DNA of 64,000 nucleotides from Octopus vulgaris (GCA_951406725.2 OX597816.1:55862001-55926000), one strand, 5' to 3'. Positions 1-14,110 are shown, counted from the first letter of the stretch. Program-made: numbers and translations. Notes: generated from the letters alone by a model not told the origin.

Positions 1-800
1 TTGGTTAGTGCAAGTTGGTCATGGAATTTTCAAAGGCAATTACATGATCATGTAGGAAATATTCTTCAGCAATTTCAAGTCAACAGCAAGGAAGATTTGA
101 TCAACCATGTCTATAAAGATTTAGAGGTTAATTTTAACAATGCCCAATGGTTATCATCACGAGCAATATTAACAACAAAGAATGAAGAATTTGACAATCT
201 AAAAACCACATAATCCAGAAATTTCCAGTTGAGACATATACTCAGGCGTACTGATTCCGTTGCAGAAGATCAATAATCTGCACTCTATCATCCTGAATTT
301 CTGAATTCTCTTAATACAAGTGGCATGTCACCTCACATTATCAACTTAAAAACGGGTGTTCCTTTAATGTTGCTAAGAAACTTAGATCAGAAAAATGGGC
401 ACTGCAATGGCGCACGTTATAGAGTGTTATCGGTGTCAGATAATATGATCACTGCAAGTAAAATAACTGGTGTTTATGTAGGACACACACTTTTGATTCC
501 CCGCATTATTCTGTAACCATCTGATACCGATTTGTCCATTACATTGAAAAGACGCCAATTTCCAGTGAGACCTGCTTTCGCGATATCTATAAACAAAAGT
601 CAAGTTCAAAGCCTTTCTAATTGCGGCATCTACATGCCTGCGCCCGTATTTATTCATGGCCGGTTATATGTCGCCCTTAGTAGAGTTGGGGATCCAGTGA
701 ATCTTAAAACATTTGATGAGCAAAAAGAATTTACCAGATCAGGAACAAGTAGACCGTCATAGGGAAAATGTAAGAAGACTTACGTGTAATGTTGTCTACA
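1..800 (+). pseudogene. Helitron RepHel PIF1-like helicase C-terminal fragment (disrupted)
   Basis: Consecutive ORF pieces give WLSSRAILTTKN, PEFLNSLNTSGMSPHIINLKTGVPLMLLRNL..NGHCNGARY, LIPRI, RRQFPVRPAFAISINKSQVQSL and HGRLYVALSRV, which are PIF1/Helitron helicase motifs. In-frame stops at 211-213 and 514-516. Confidence 0.9.
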
Positions 801-1025
801 CGGAAAGAGTGTCAATATTGATATTCTGCTTGTGTAAAAAGTAAGATTTGTTTAATATTTTCTTTGTTATTTTATAACTGATTTTGTACAGTATTTACAT
901 AAATAAGAATATGTAAATATATTATCAAATTATATCTTTTGTGTATTTCTCAAACAATAGTTGAATTAAATTGAAATGTTATTTTAAACATAGCATTGTT
1001 TTTTCCTTATTGACGGGTCATGCAT

Positions 1026-1081
<56 letters not shown>

Positions 1082-1222
1082 TTACTACTACTACTACTAA
1101 TAATAATAATAATAATAATAATGATGATGATGATGATGATGATGATGATAACAACAACAACAACAACAATAACAACAACAATAACAACAACAATAATAAT
1201 AATAACAATAATAATAATAATA
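1026..1222. repeat. Compound trinucleotide microsatellite (CTA)n(TAA)n(GAT)n(CAA)n
   Basis: Seen directly. Confidence 0.98.
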
Positions 1223-1249
1223 ATCCAGCGAATCACAATAAGAACCAAA

Positions 1250-1700
1250 ATAATGGTTTCAATTTTAGGCACAAGGGCAACAATCTCAGGCAAGGGGATA
1301 ATACGATTACAACGACCCTAGTTTTTCACAGGCACTAATTTTATCGACCCCGAAAAGATGAAAGGCAAAGTCGACCTCGGTGGAATTTGAACTCAGAACG
1401 TGCAGACGGACGAAATACCGCCAAGCATTGTGCCCAGTCTGAGAACGACTCTGCCAACTTCCACCTTAAAACATAATGAATTTTACCAGATTGTACAATT
1501 ATATGAGACAAAATACTGGTTTCAAATTTGGCACAAGGCCGGTAAGAACGAGGAAGGGAATAAGTCGATTACATCGACCTCCGGTGCTTGACTGGTATTT
1601 ACTTTGTCACACCCGAAGGGACAGGATAAAAGTCGACTCGGCGGTAATTTGAACGCAAAACGTAAAAACGCACGAAATACTGCTAAACATTGTGCTCGCA
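1250..1700 (-). mobile_element. Two degenerate copies of tRNA-derived SINE family A
   Basis: Similar to 12406-12639 (cgaccccgaaa.gatgaaaggcaaagtcgacctcgg.ggaatttgaactcagaacg). Confidence 0.75.
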
Positions 1701-2481
1701 CTGCAAGCCATTATTTCAGGTCGTCCTTAATAACAACCAAAATAATGTTCTGAAATTGTCATTATTTAGTCGTAGCATAACCGTGTTCGATTACAACGGT
1801 GTTCAAAGATTGCAAGGCTATGATCAACGCCTGCTTATCTGTACTGTACATAAAATGTTACACAAACGTACACGTAATAACAACAATAACAACACACACA
1901 TATACGTACACGCACGCACACATACATACACACGCACTATATGCATATACAACTACTGTAGCTTTTTTTAGTGGGACTTCACAATATTTTTGAATCTTTT
2001 CTTAGTAGAAGGCTATATCATCGGTGAACACTCAGTTATTTTTCTTTAAAATATTCCAAAAGAATAACATTATTTTGAATTCTGTGTTTGTGAGGGGAAT
2101 ACACAACCGTCTTTCCAACGGTCTGAACCGACCATTTTCACCCAGAACACATTTAGTCACGTACATCTCTTCTAGAAGACACCTGCACACGCAAAACTCT
2201 TTTGGTTACAAAACAAATCTCTTAATTAAAAGATGTTTGCAAAATTATATATTATAATTGTATAAACCGTTTATGATATAATAACATTCGGTCAGCGGCA
2301 AACTGGACACACGAAGTCATCAATCTAAACACATGGAAGTAATGTAGCTAAGGTGGACATCTTTACCGTTGTCTTTTGAATATTTAAAATTAGGAGTCAA
2401 ATAATCCTGAAATCATAGCAGGTAGTCTTCAGAGCAGCAGAACACATTGTAGAAATTAATCCTATGTTCGTACCGCTGGTA

Positions 2482-2793
2482 GAGGAGGCGCAATGGACCA
2501 GTGGTTAGAACAGCGGACTCGCGGGCGGAGGATCGCGGTTTCGATTCCCACACCGGGCGTTGTGTGTGTTTATTGAGCAAAAACACCTAAAGCTCAACAA
2601 GGCTCTGGCAGGGGTGGTGGCGACCCTTGTTGTACACTTTCGCCCCAACTTTCTCTCACTCTTTCTTCATGCTTCTTGAGTAACGCTAGGATGGACTGGC
2701 GTCCCGACCAACTGGAGGGGGATACGTCAGAGAAACCGGGAAACCGGGCCCATGAGCCTGGCTAGGCTCGAAAGGGGCGAAATAATAAATAAG
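2482..2793 (+). mobile_element. tRNA-derived SINE family C, tail type 1
   Basis: A-box-like tggaccagtgg, B-box ggtttcgattcc, A-rich tail; 12-bp TSD gtaccgctggta at 2470-2481 and 2794-2805. Confidence 0.9.
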
Positions 2794-3474
2794 GTACCGC
2801 TGGTAAACGGAAGGGATATAGCACGAATATATTTTATCCTATACTGACTTTATTCTAGCTTGTTCAGCACGTCAACTGAAAGGAAATAAAACTTTAAATC
2901 TAAACAAGCAGAAATGGATATTAAATAGTGTGTGGCCAACAAGAACAGCAGAAAACAAGAATAAAAGGAGGGAAAAAAATCCCCAGCTAAATCTACATAT
3001 GATACAGTGATAGGGTTAGTTTAATCCGATCAGTGATGCTATGTATCACGTGTAACCTCCAACTGTGTAATCTGTGTCTTAATAGAGTTAATCTGATAAT
3101 AACTTAAAAAGTCAGCAATTTGGTAGCGTCTCGGTGTTGTGGTTTAATTATTTAACGAGGTTATATAAATCTGCCGATACAACATTCCATCAACTACTTC
3201 AGTTAAATGAACGACAGTCGCGTTACTAGAGAGAGAAATAAACTTAAAGAGTATTCTCTTCTACAAACAAACTACGAAGCAATAGGAATTCCCTGATGTG
3301 GTTCTCCAACATGCTAGTAATAGTAGCCAATGTTCCCTTACATCACACTTCACTGTCTTAGGAGAAGTCAATCGGTAATATAGACTGAGATTGTAGCTGA
3401 CAATGAAACAGGATGATGAAGGTTCGAATGCTTTTGAACTTAATCTCACACAACTGACCCCTGTGGTGGTGACT

Positions 3475-3798
3475 GACTGGCACTCCGTCGATTACGACGA
3501 TGAGTGTTCCAGTTAATCCAATCAACAGTGCAGCCAACTCGTAAAATTAACCTGCAAGTGGCTGAGGACTCCACAGAAATACATACTCTTAACTAAGTTC
3601 TCAGAATGATTCAGTGTGACGCAGAATGTGACAAGAGTAACCCTTCGAAACAGAGGTATAACTGCTTTTTTGTCACTTGAGTGGAATAGGGCAACTGGTA
3701 ATAAAGTGTCTTGCTCAAGGACAACACGTAGCCAGCTATGGAACTCAAGGCCTCAACATCGTGAAGCGATTACCCCTAATCACTAATCCAAACGCCTT
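3475..3798 (-). mobile_element. Degenerate SINE family C' (different tRNA head, tail type 3)
   Basis: Tail matches 38887-39070; head matches 36775 and 62727. Confidence 0.7.
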
Positions 3799-4247
3799 CA
3801 ACGGGGGGGGGTAGTCAACAGCAAAGTTCCGACCACCAACAACGACTACTACAATAGCAACAAAATTTACACTAAACAACTTCAAATAATGAAAGTGATA
3901 TACGTTCCATACCCTAACACCCACGATAACTGAAATCCGCGAAGTAGAAGCAGTATTTTACTGTATATTTTTTTTTTTTTAATAATTTGTATATATTTAT
4001 TTTATTATAAATGCAAAACAACACCACGGAGGAATTGACGTAAGCTTAAATAATAAACCGCGATAGGTGAACTGCGATATGGCGGGGGATTACTGTAGTT
4101 TATTTTATTAACGGCTAATAGAAAACTAATATATCTCCGATTGGCACTGAGTTTATTCTATTTATTTATATCTTTTTATATTTTGTCTTGATAGCTTAAT
4201 TAGCAGTGGAACGACACCCCCTTCTCCTTTGTTCAATTCAGACTGAG

Positions 4248-5913
4248 CCCTTATCTGGGGGTCGATGCGGAAACTGGAGATTGACGAATGGCTAATAAGG
4301 GCTGTACAGGCCCTATACAGAGAGGCTGTCAGCAAGGTTAGGATTGGCAACGAATATAGTGAAGAATTCCGGGTAGAAGTAGGTGTACACCAAGGCTCAG
4401 CCCTCAGTCTCCTTTTATTCATCATAGTCCTCCAGGCAATAACAGAGGAATTCAAAACAGGTTGCCCCTGGAAGCTCCTCTATGCTGATAACCTGGCTCT
4501 CATAGCAGAATCACTACCGGAACTAGAAAAGAAATTTCGGGTGTGGAAGCAAGGGTTAGAATCAAAGGGCCTTAGAGTAAATGTAGCAAAGACCAAAGTT
4601 ATAGTAAGCAGAAAGGCGAACTCAGCACCCCCCCCCCCTCGGGCAGGTGGCTCTGCTCGATCTGTAGGAAAGGTGTAGGTAGAAACTCCATAAGATGCAC
4701 CCAGTGTAAGCTATGGACGCATAAGAGGTGCAGCAACATCAAAGAGAAATTAACTGATAAGATAGCTTTCATGTGCGGCAGATGCATAGGGACAATAGAC
4801 ACCACAGATACTCAGAAAACAGATTCCATCATACTCCAGGGGAAGAAACTAGAAGTAGTTGATAGTTTCCGCTACCTGGGTGACGAAGTTAGTAGTGGAG
4901 GTGGATGCTCAGAGAGTGTCACCACTAGAATACGAATAGCCTGGCAAAGTTTAGAAAGCTCCTACCCCTACTGGCGACAAAGGGTTTCTCACTCACAGTG
5001 AAAGGTAGATTGTATGATGCATGTGTGCGAACTGCCATGCTTCACGGTAGTGAAACATGGGCCGTGACTGCAGAGGACATGCGTAGACTTGAAAGAAATG
5101 AAGCTAGCATGATCCGCTGGATGTGTAATGTCAGTGTGCGCGCACGACAGAGGGTAAGCACCCTGAGAGAAATGCTAGACATAAGAAGCATCAGATGTGG
5201 TGTGCAAGAGCGACGCTTGCGATGGTATAGTCATGTACTGCGGATGGATGAGGAGGGATGTGTGAAGAAGTGCCGCTCCCAAACAGTTGAAGGTATCAGG
5301 AGGTGAGGTAGACCCAGGAAGACATGGGATGATGTAGTCAAGCATGACCTCAGAACGTTGGGCCTCACTGAAACAATGGCGAAGGGCCGAGATCTCTGGA
5401 GATATGCTGTGACTGCAAAGACCCGGGCTGCTTCCTGCACCAGCTCCGCATAGCCTCTGCCCATTCAAAGTACTTTGGATTCCAGAACATCCCGCTGTGC
5501 TTGAGGAGGCCTGTTGAGTCAAGTACATGAACATCGAAATAAATATCAATGGAAATAGTAGTTGTGGCCGATGCCAGCGCCGCCTCGACTGGCTTCTGTG
5601 CCGGTGGCACATAAAAAGCACCATCCGAACGTGGCCGATGCCAGCGCCGCCTTGGCTGGCTTCCGTGCCGGTGGCACGTTAAAAGCACCAACCGATCGTG
5701 GCCGATGCCAGACTCCCCTGGCACATGTGCCAAAGGCACGTAAAAAGCACCCACTACACTCGCGAAGTGGTTGGCGTTAGGAAGGATATCCAGCTGTAGA
5801 AACACTGCCAGATCAGACCGGAGCCTGGTGCAGCCCCTGGCTTCCCAGACACCGGTCGAACCGTCCAACCCGTGCTAGCGCGGAAAACGGACGTTAAAGG
5901 ATGATGATGATGA
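4248..5913 (+). mobile_element. 5'-truncated RTE-clade LINE (RT C-half, PHD insert, 3'UTR, (GAT)n tail)
   Basis: GVHQGSALSLLLF, LLYADNL, VDSFRYLG, LHGSETW, RRLRWYSHVLRM, GRPRKTW; several frameshifts; 3'UTR motif gttggcgttaggaagg.atccagc; ends in gatgatgatgat. Confidence 0.92.
5563..5755 (+). repeat. About 67-bp tandem repeat, 3 copies, in the RTE 3'UTR
   Basis: gtggccgatgccag...ggcac.taaaa.gcacc repeated three times. Confidence 0.9.
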
Positions 5914-6358
5914 TTGATTGGGGTGAGACGAAATTATTATCTTCAGGCTTGTAAACTAAGAGAAAGGTTTGTAATAGAACAGATGTAGCTGAAGCCAGCC
6001 AAGGTCCAAGCCTGGTGGTGTTAAATCAAGAGCAACTGATCAAGACTACGTCACAAGAAAAGTTTTATTCATCTTGACAGGGTTCCACACATATTTTGTT
6101 TACTTCCACATGAAACGCTGGACATCTCAAGATTATTTTAGAAAAACGCACAACTTTGGCCAAAGTGCTGTACAATGGAGATTGATCTTAAAATAATTAG
6201 TTGGTTGTCGAACTTCTTCCTCATACAAATTTCTGACAGCAAAAAAAACATCGAACATTTTCAAACCGAATTAAATCTGAGATATCAATAAAGAGAAAGT
6301 AAAGGAGAAAGAGGAAGATAGAGAGAGTGAGATAGGAGGAACGAGAGGTGCAGTTACA

Positions 6359-6400
<42 letters not shown>

Positions 6401-6862
6401 CAAAAAGTCTTTAACATCGAATTGCTTTCTGTTTTTCTTTTCTCGTTGTATTTGTATTGGTGTAAAATCCAGCGTTAGCGAGATGCTTTATTTGGGAAGT
6501 ATAATGTTGCGTTAAGAAACCCACGCATTGGTTTTACACTACTGTTTTAGTGTCATCAGTTGACTAAGCAAATTCACTGCCCAATTTATCGTTTGAATTA
6601 TCATCTGTTGATTCAATCGATGTTAGTTTTCCAGAGCTCTTAAGTCGCCATTTAAGATCTCAAAAAACAAATGCCGTCGATACTCCTGGTCTGTCTCGTC
6701 TCCAATGACTGGATAATTTTCTGGAATTCTTCGACACCAAATCACAATATTTGCTGTTATTTGATATGTTCCGTGCATATCCTTTGAACAGTACATATGA
6801 TATTAGAAATAGTATATTTCTAAATCTCTCAGAGAGATTTATGCAGTAGCAGAACAACAAAG

Positions 6863-7105
6863 TGATGGTATGTTGCCAACTTAATGTGATAGTCCCATAA
6901 AAGGGAAGAATGCTATTGTTATTTAGCCCAAGGAAACAGAGTTTCCTAGGGATAAATAACAGTTGCCAACTTAATGTGGTAGTTCCATAAAAGGGAAGAA
7001 TGCTATTGTTATTTAGCCCAAGGAAACACAGTTTCCTAGGGATAAATAACAGTAGCATTCTTCCCTTTTATGGGACTGTCACATTAAGTTGACAACATGC
7101 TATCA
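6863..7105. repeat. Palindromic (foldback) element with an internal ~90-bp tandem duplication
   Basis: gttgccaacttaatgtg...aagaatgctattgttattt.cc.aggaaac occurs twice, then its reverse complement follows (7031-7105). Confidence 0.85.
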
Positions 7106-8883
7106 GTACGTATTGGTGTATCGAACGTGCTTGACGACTCTACTGCCATGGGATTAGTTAATTCGCTTCACAACTTCATGGTTTCAAAGTTCGAACTTAC
7201 TTGAAAAAGTTTCTGTTTCCGTAGCCAAGAGTAGACCAAATCCTTGCGAAACAAGGCAAAAAGAATCTGTATATAATTTGAAGGGGGAAACGTCTACAGT
7301 TTTTTATGACTGACTCAATAATTTACTCGGTTTATCTGCAGCCCTTAGCCTAGAGAAAGAGGATGCCCAATAGGTGTCTACAAGGTTGAAAGCATTCTGC
7401 GCAGGTCTTACCATTATTTAACTCTGTCAGAAGATCTGTAAAAGGCCATAGCTACTACCCTTACAACACTGATATAGCTGTTAACAAAAACATAATAAAG
7501 CAAAAACAAATGAAACACATCTTTAAAATGCGTCCGTCTTGAACTTATCTGAATCAGAATGCTTTTCCGTCACTTTTGTATACCTGGCTTTGATTGTGGA
7601 GCAATTTTTTGAAAGAAACTATGAAGAATGATTAAATTTAGAGAGTAAAACAATGTAATTAAAGCAGCAAACTAGAAATAGCAACCATTCTCCTTGAATA
7701 CGATCTGAGTGGATGGAAGGAACCATTTTATGATGTTGTCCAATATATATCTGAAGTTTTGAAATACCAGATGGTCAGGGTTTCAACGTCTTTTCTCATG
7801 TTGCTGCTCATTAACCACTGATCTGTGTGTAAGCAAAACAACAACTAGGATTAGGTGAAGAGGGTAAGCAAGGCCAATCCTATTTTTGAAACAAGGAGCT
7901 AAGCTGCACTATTTCCAGTTTTTATCTCTGTATAGTGGTTCAGACATTATCCAATCATTTTCATCTCTAACTCCGTACTTAAACAGGCGTAAAACTTTCG
8001 TTTTATAAATATATTTGCCAGTAAATCGGAATCAGAAAGACAATACGCTGGAATCTCTTTGCCGGGGTCTCCTAGCATAGGAGTACCCCGTTGAAATTTC
8101 AGAGAAACCAGATTATAAATCCACAGTTAGTAACAAATTGGTTTGTCCAATTTGCACACATAACACATTTTTTAGCGGTTCGTTATACATAATAATTAAT
8201 GAAATAACAATATTCTCTATTATTCTCTATCATCAAATATATGAAGATTTAACCGTCGATCTACGAAACCATGTAAATGTCTGTCTTTTTATCTGTAAAG
8301 ATGAAACTACAGAAGAAAGCTTACTAAATAGCAAACAACTAGAATCAGATTCATACCTATAGTGAATTCTTATAAAGGAAAATCAGTGGATCTAAAAAAT
8401 GTGTTGGAACCAAACAAGGACAGCTATAGTGATTATTATAGTAAGTGCAATAGAAAAAGACAGTCCCTTTCTATGTAAATCTTACGTTCCTTTAGCCCTG
8501 AAAACTTGAAACAACTGTAGGGCTGCTGTCTTGGTATAGAGGCACAAAGATATCTGTGGCATATAAACTTTGTTCAGTGTCACCCCCACTTCAGGCTGAC
8601 CATGCGGAATATCTTCCAGAAAGAAACAGAATGGTAGAGAATAAGGGAAAAGAGAGACAAAAGAAAAGAGAAAAGATAAACTCAATATTTGATTTGTGGC
8701 TGGGCTGTCACAATTGAAAATTTTCGATGAGAGTTACCCGCAGTTGAAAATTTTTTCAATGGTTTTAGCCCGTGATCTTTTATAAAATCTTCCCACTGCT
8801 GCCTACATTCTATTTGTCACCTGTATGTCTGTATGTCTGTCTGTATGTATGTATGTATGAATGGATATGTATACGTATGCCTG

Positions 8884-8937
<54 letters not shown>

Positions 8938-9019
8938 CATATATATGGAGAGAGAGAGGGACAGAAGGCAAAAAAAGAGAGATATACATACATAGAGCAT
9001 GTATGTAGAACGATGTAAA

Positions 9020-10005
9020 ACGAAGTACGACGAAAGGATAACCCTGATGACAAAGAAATAAGAACCCACAGTATGGTAGAAGCCATGACCACTCATTATC
9101 AAAAGGAATACTGGTGGAATATATCAGAGAAGACCTCAATAAAATATAAGCAGAAGATACCTGTAATTATTAGGGCACTGGGATATGCAACACGCTGCCT
9201 AAATACAAATCTTGAGGAATTAAGCTTCTCAAAATCAGAAAAAAGAAATCCAGTTCGTAGACTACGGATCCAAGCCTTCATTGCAACTGTAAATTTCTGT
9301 ACATCTTTCCACCAGTTTAACATTTAAATGTATATAAACATGTCTAGATATGCAAGTCTATGCATGAGAATACATACCTAAAACAAAACATACAATTCCG
9401 TTCACATACATACAAGCATTCATACATCTGCAGTTACTGTAGCCAGATCACAAGTTCAGGTTTATACCTGTAATTATTGGGGCCCTGGGATATGTAATAC
9501 ACTGTCTAAATTCCAAGCTTCAGAAATTAGTCTTCCCAAAACCAGAAAAGAGAAAGCTAATTGAAAGACTACAGATGCAATCCATCACCGGAACAGCAAA
9601 AGTCTGTAAAACTTTCCAGAAGTTTACCATTTAAATATATATGAGCATGTCTTGATATGTAACTATATGCATGAGAACACATGCATAATACATACATACA
9701 TGCATGCATACATACATACATGCATGCATGCATACATACATACACATACATACATACATACATACATACATAGAAACATACATATATACATACATACATA
9801 CACATACATACATACATACATACATACATACGTACGTACGTACGTACATACATACATACATACATGCATACATATATACATACATACATACATTTCATAC
9901 CCTGTGGTTGATGTTGAAATTCCAATGAAGGAGCCTTGAATCTAGGTTAGAAACCGGCTCTTTCTCTATTGGTAATATATCTTGAAGTAAAACTGAATAA
10001 TGACA
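9020..10005 (+). mobile_element. Two tandem 3'-end fragments of an RLE-type non-LTR retrotransposon with (CATA)n-containing 3'UTR
   Basis: EYWWN...IPVIIRALGYATRCL...stop 9327, and FIPVIIGALGYV...GTAKVCKTF at 9461-9633. PVIIGALG is the typical C-terminal motif of restriction-like endonuclease elements. Confidence 0.7.
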
Positions 10006-10023
10006 TGCATACATACATGCAAA

Positions 10024-10416
<393 letters not shown>

Positions 10417-10512
10417 GAATATATAGATAGATATAAATGCATATCAGAAGCAGTTGTAAGTCCACAATGTGCGAATAAATAAATGTATAAAGCCCATTGT
10501 GCATGCCCTCTC

Positions 10513-10557
<45 letters not shown>

Positions 10558-10611
10558 GGTATGTATGTATACACATACCTCTATACATACATACATACAT
10601 ACATACATACA

Positions 10612-10647
<36 letters not shown>

Positions 10648-10739
10648 GAAATATATATACGTACATGTGTGTGAGTGTTTGCATATATATATATGTGCAT
10701 TTGTGAGCGAGTTTATAGGCATGCGTGTGTTTTTTTTTC

Positions 10740-10753
10740 CCGCCAGATGGCGC
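10740..10753 (+). promoter_or_regulatory. Candidate CTCF site
   Basis: CCGCCAGATGGCGC matches the CTCF core CC(A/G)SYAGRKGGCRS with no mismatch, in AT-rich non-repeat DNA. Confidence 0.4.
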
Positions 10754-12405
10754 CCAAGTTGCTTTTGAGGTATATATGTGTAAGCAATAAAATTTTTCTG
10801 TTGTATAGAACAGGAGTGACGAGCAACAAGATCTGCACATCACAACGCGAGTATAGAACTGGTTTATTAGTTTCCTTCACTATTATGTTGTTACCAGTGC
10901 TTCCTTAAGCTGTTGCTGAGATATTGAGGAGGACTAGTGTCTTGTCATAAGCGTATGCAGCTTTGATGCACAGAAGGTGAGCAAATTTTCATACGGTTGT
11001 TTCATATGATTGTTTTTTTGTTTTTTCTTTTGAAGATCAATGCTACGTTCACTGATTGCGTCAACTTAGAATAACACAGGAATCAAATTTAAATACTATT
11101 TTATGCTTCGATTCGGTTTGTAAAATGATTAAAATATATTGGGATGTCAGCAACAATGATGAAGAATTAGACAGACACACATGCACACAAGCAACCCACA
11201 CTCAAACATTGAGCTAGGCAATTAACTTGCTAATTTTGATGAATACGTAGATAAACAAGGGAAGAGAGGTTTTAACATTTTAAAATGAATAATAAAATGT
11301 GGTCTATAATTCAAATAGTTTTAGGAGTAAAACATTAAAGAATTATTCCAAATATACGAATAAAAAAGGAAATAAATATTGATATTTGCAATGACAATAG
11401 ATAGCTTTTGAAATAATCACAAAGCCAGAGAAAGAGAATTAAAGATATTATGGGTATAAGCCGAGAAATTTTGTGTTTCATTATGAATTAAATTGCATTC
11501 TTGATTTTGATATTTAATTAGTAGCTTTCGCACAACACATAATCATCTCAAGGGAGATTAGATTTAGTTATTTCGAGTTGTTTACCAATTATATTCCCAA
11601 TTTTAAACAGTAATTGTACACTGTTCTCACTTACAATAGACAAAGATGAAATTGTTTAATTTACAAGTATTTCTCTAAAGGCAACCAGGATCCAAAGCTT
11701 GGAAAAGAGCTGAAAACATATCTTACACCTAGAATTACATATTTTAAATACTCTGACAGCAATTGTGGCCGCCATTCACGTGGCTTTGCTTTGCACCATT
11801 TATAGCTAGAAATATATTTTATCACATAAAACGCTCTATGCCTCAGTTTGATCGTAGGTGTCTAACACGAAGCAGATACTTATCTAATAAATTATTTCAG
11901 TGGAGAATAAGTAAACTAACTGTGAAAAAAAAGAAACCGAAAGAAAATAAATATAACGTATCAGAAGTCGTTCATCATTTACACTAAGAAGAAAAACCTG
12001 AAGAAATTATATTTGAATTGGTTGCATCTTATTTCAATTTTAATGTGAAAATTTGTTTTCTTTCCAACTAAACACATTCATTCTGCATGTAATTTTATGT
12101 TCTTCTTGACATTAATATTAATTTCCTTGGCCTCCATGTCACACACGGTGGATGTTTATCACTATTTTACACAATATGAAGGCAATGATAAACAAGTTTC
12201 CCTCGGCCAGATGCAAGAATGTGAAAAGTTAATGTCAGAGAAGGTGTTTTCAACACGCTACTGAAAGCGAATCAGTCACTCGTCAAATTTAAAAACAAAA
12301 AGATGTTTTGGTGTTGTTTTGTGGCGCAAGGGGTGCTATGTGTGACCAGGGTTGTCGAACGACTACTTATGACACAGAGGCCAGTTGCTCGAGCTATATT
12401 ATACC

Positions 12406-12639
12406 TATTTGTTTAGTACCCACAAGGGGCTAAACACAGATTGGACAAACAAGGACAGACAAACCGATTAAGTCGATTACATCGACCCCAGCGCGTAACT
12501 AGTACTTAGTTTGTCGACCCCGAAAGGATGAAAGGCAATGTCGACCTCGGCGGAATTTGAACTCTGAACGTAACGGCAGACGAAATACGGCTACGCATTT
12601 CGCCCGGCGTGCTAAAGTTTCTGCCAGCTCGCCGCCTTA
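12406..12639 (-). mobile_element. Full-length SINE family A (tRNA head plus Meta-domain-like core)
   Basis: B box gttcaaattcc, core gcctttcatcctttcggggtcga; 17-bp TSD tcgagctatattatacc at 12389-12405 and 12640-12656. Confidence 0.92.
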
Positions 12640-13924
12640 TCGAGCTATATTATACCGCCATATATAGGAGAACCTGTCAGAGAAACAAGTTCTACACAAC
12701 CTGCAATGGCACATATTATAGGCAGCAGTGAGACATTCTGGTCATGTTGCGTGCTCGTTTTCGTTGGAGTGAAGCAGTGACAAGCCTGGGATCATGACTT
12801 ATATATTCCAACATCTATGAGTTGTACAGAGATACTTTAGAAATACTGTAGTTTCTGCAGTGCTGGATCTGGCCGTAAATGTGGAAAATATATTGCAGTT
12901 AAATCTGTTGTTAGCCACAAGTTGGCTCCTGTTAAAGCTGACCTATAGCCAAAGTCAACCCAGCTCTAATCTACAAGTTATTTCTTTTCTGTAACGGGAC
13001 TACATTATTCAAAGACAGTATAGTGTGTGTGTGTGTGTGTTTCTTTTTTTTAATAGCTTAACGGTGAAAGAAGTGACAAACCTTTGAGACCATCTATAAT
13101 CTCCGAGATATGTAGAAATTTGTTATTCCCAGGTAACAGACTGGGACTGAATGTTACAGGTATTTTTCTGGAAAATTGTGATGTTAGACTGAGCGACAAA
13201 TTCCGTTAACAAGAGACGGGATCAGTTAATTCTGTGAACAACGAACAAGAAGACCAAAACTACAGATTTTCCCTCTCCAAATTTCCCCAATAATATATTT
13301 ATTAGTTCCACCAATAACTCATTTTTCCGGATTAAAGTCCAGTGACATGGAGTTCAAAAACCACGTTTTTGAAAGCAACCTTTTAAAGCGCGCATTTGAC
13401 AATTGCTAAACTTTTATGACAGCCTCAGAAATACACAGACATGCTTCTCACAGCCGTTAACACCAGCATCATTGCTATAGCTATCAAACTGCTTATCAAC
13501 TCTGTTCTTTCACCTGCCAAGCCTATTTTATTCTTTAATCGATTTCAACACTATTTTCATGTGAAAGTTCTTATTCGATCTTTTAAACGGACTGCAAGAA
13601 ATTGTGAAACTTCGTTCATCTTTCAATGTTTTCTTCTGACCGTCATTCCATTGATATTCGCGCTGATGTTATATTGCATTCAAATCATTCGTCTCCTTGA
13701 CTAGAACAGCCATCCATGTCCACCTGAGTAACAATGTTATTGAACACTACTTTTTATTCTAATTATTCTCCATATTCTTGTAGTGTTTACAAAATCTCAC
13801 TTCTTGTAAATCACTGACGCCTCACTCAATAAGCACTATTGGCACCATGTATATGGAAGGAGATATTTCTGTATCTACTAATGTCACCTTTGCTACATTA
13901 CGAAGGAGTACTGAAAAGGTCTTA

Positions 13925-14110
13925 GTTTTAAGGGAAGTGCGAAATGGAAGCCCAAAACTCCGAGTTCTGTTACAGGGCTTAGACAAACTGAAGGATCGAT
14001 GCAATAAGTGAGTGAAATTGAGAGGGGAATATGTTGAATAAAATCACAATTAACTGATCCTCCTATATATTCTTTAACCTAAAGTCAGGAACTTTTCATC
14101 ACACCTCGTA
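13925..14110 (+). mobile_element. Mariner transposon 3' remnant
   Basis: QGLDKLKDRCNK*VKLRGEYVE* resembles the mariner C-terminus; followed by TIR acttttcatcacacctcg and TA. Confidence 0.65.

Noticed and set aside
1-800. Host PIF1 gene
   Set aside because: Intronless, with stops and Helitron-type motif spacing; better explained as a dead Helitron.
2482-2560. tRNA genes at SINE heads
   Set aside because: A and B boxes are present, but the sequences continue into SINE bodies with TSDs and no full cloverleaf is evident.
5563-5755. CRISPR-like repeat array (also 52020-52146)
   Set aside because: Units are tandem repeats without unique spacers, in a eukaryotic context with no cas genes.
9040-9062. 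CTGATGA...GAAA as a hammerhead
   Set aside because: No stem II or cleavage triplet; it lies in the coding remnant of an RLE element.
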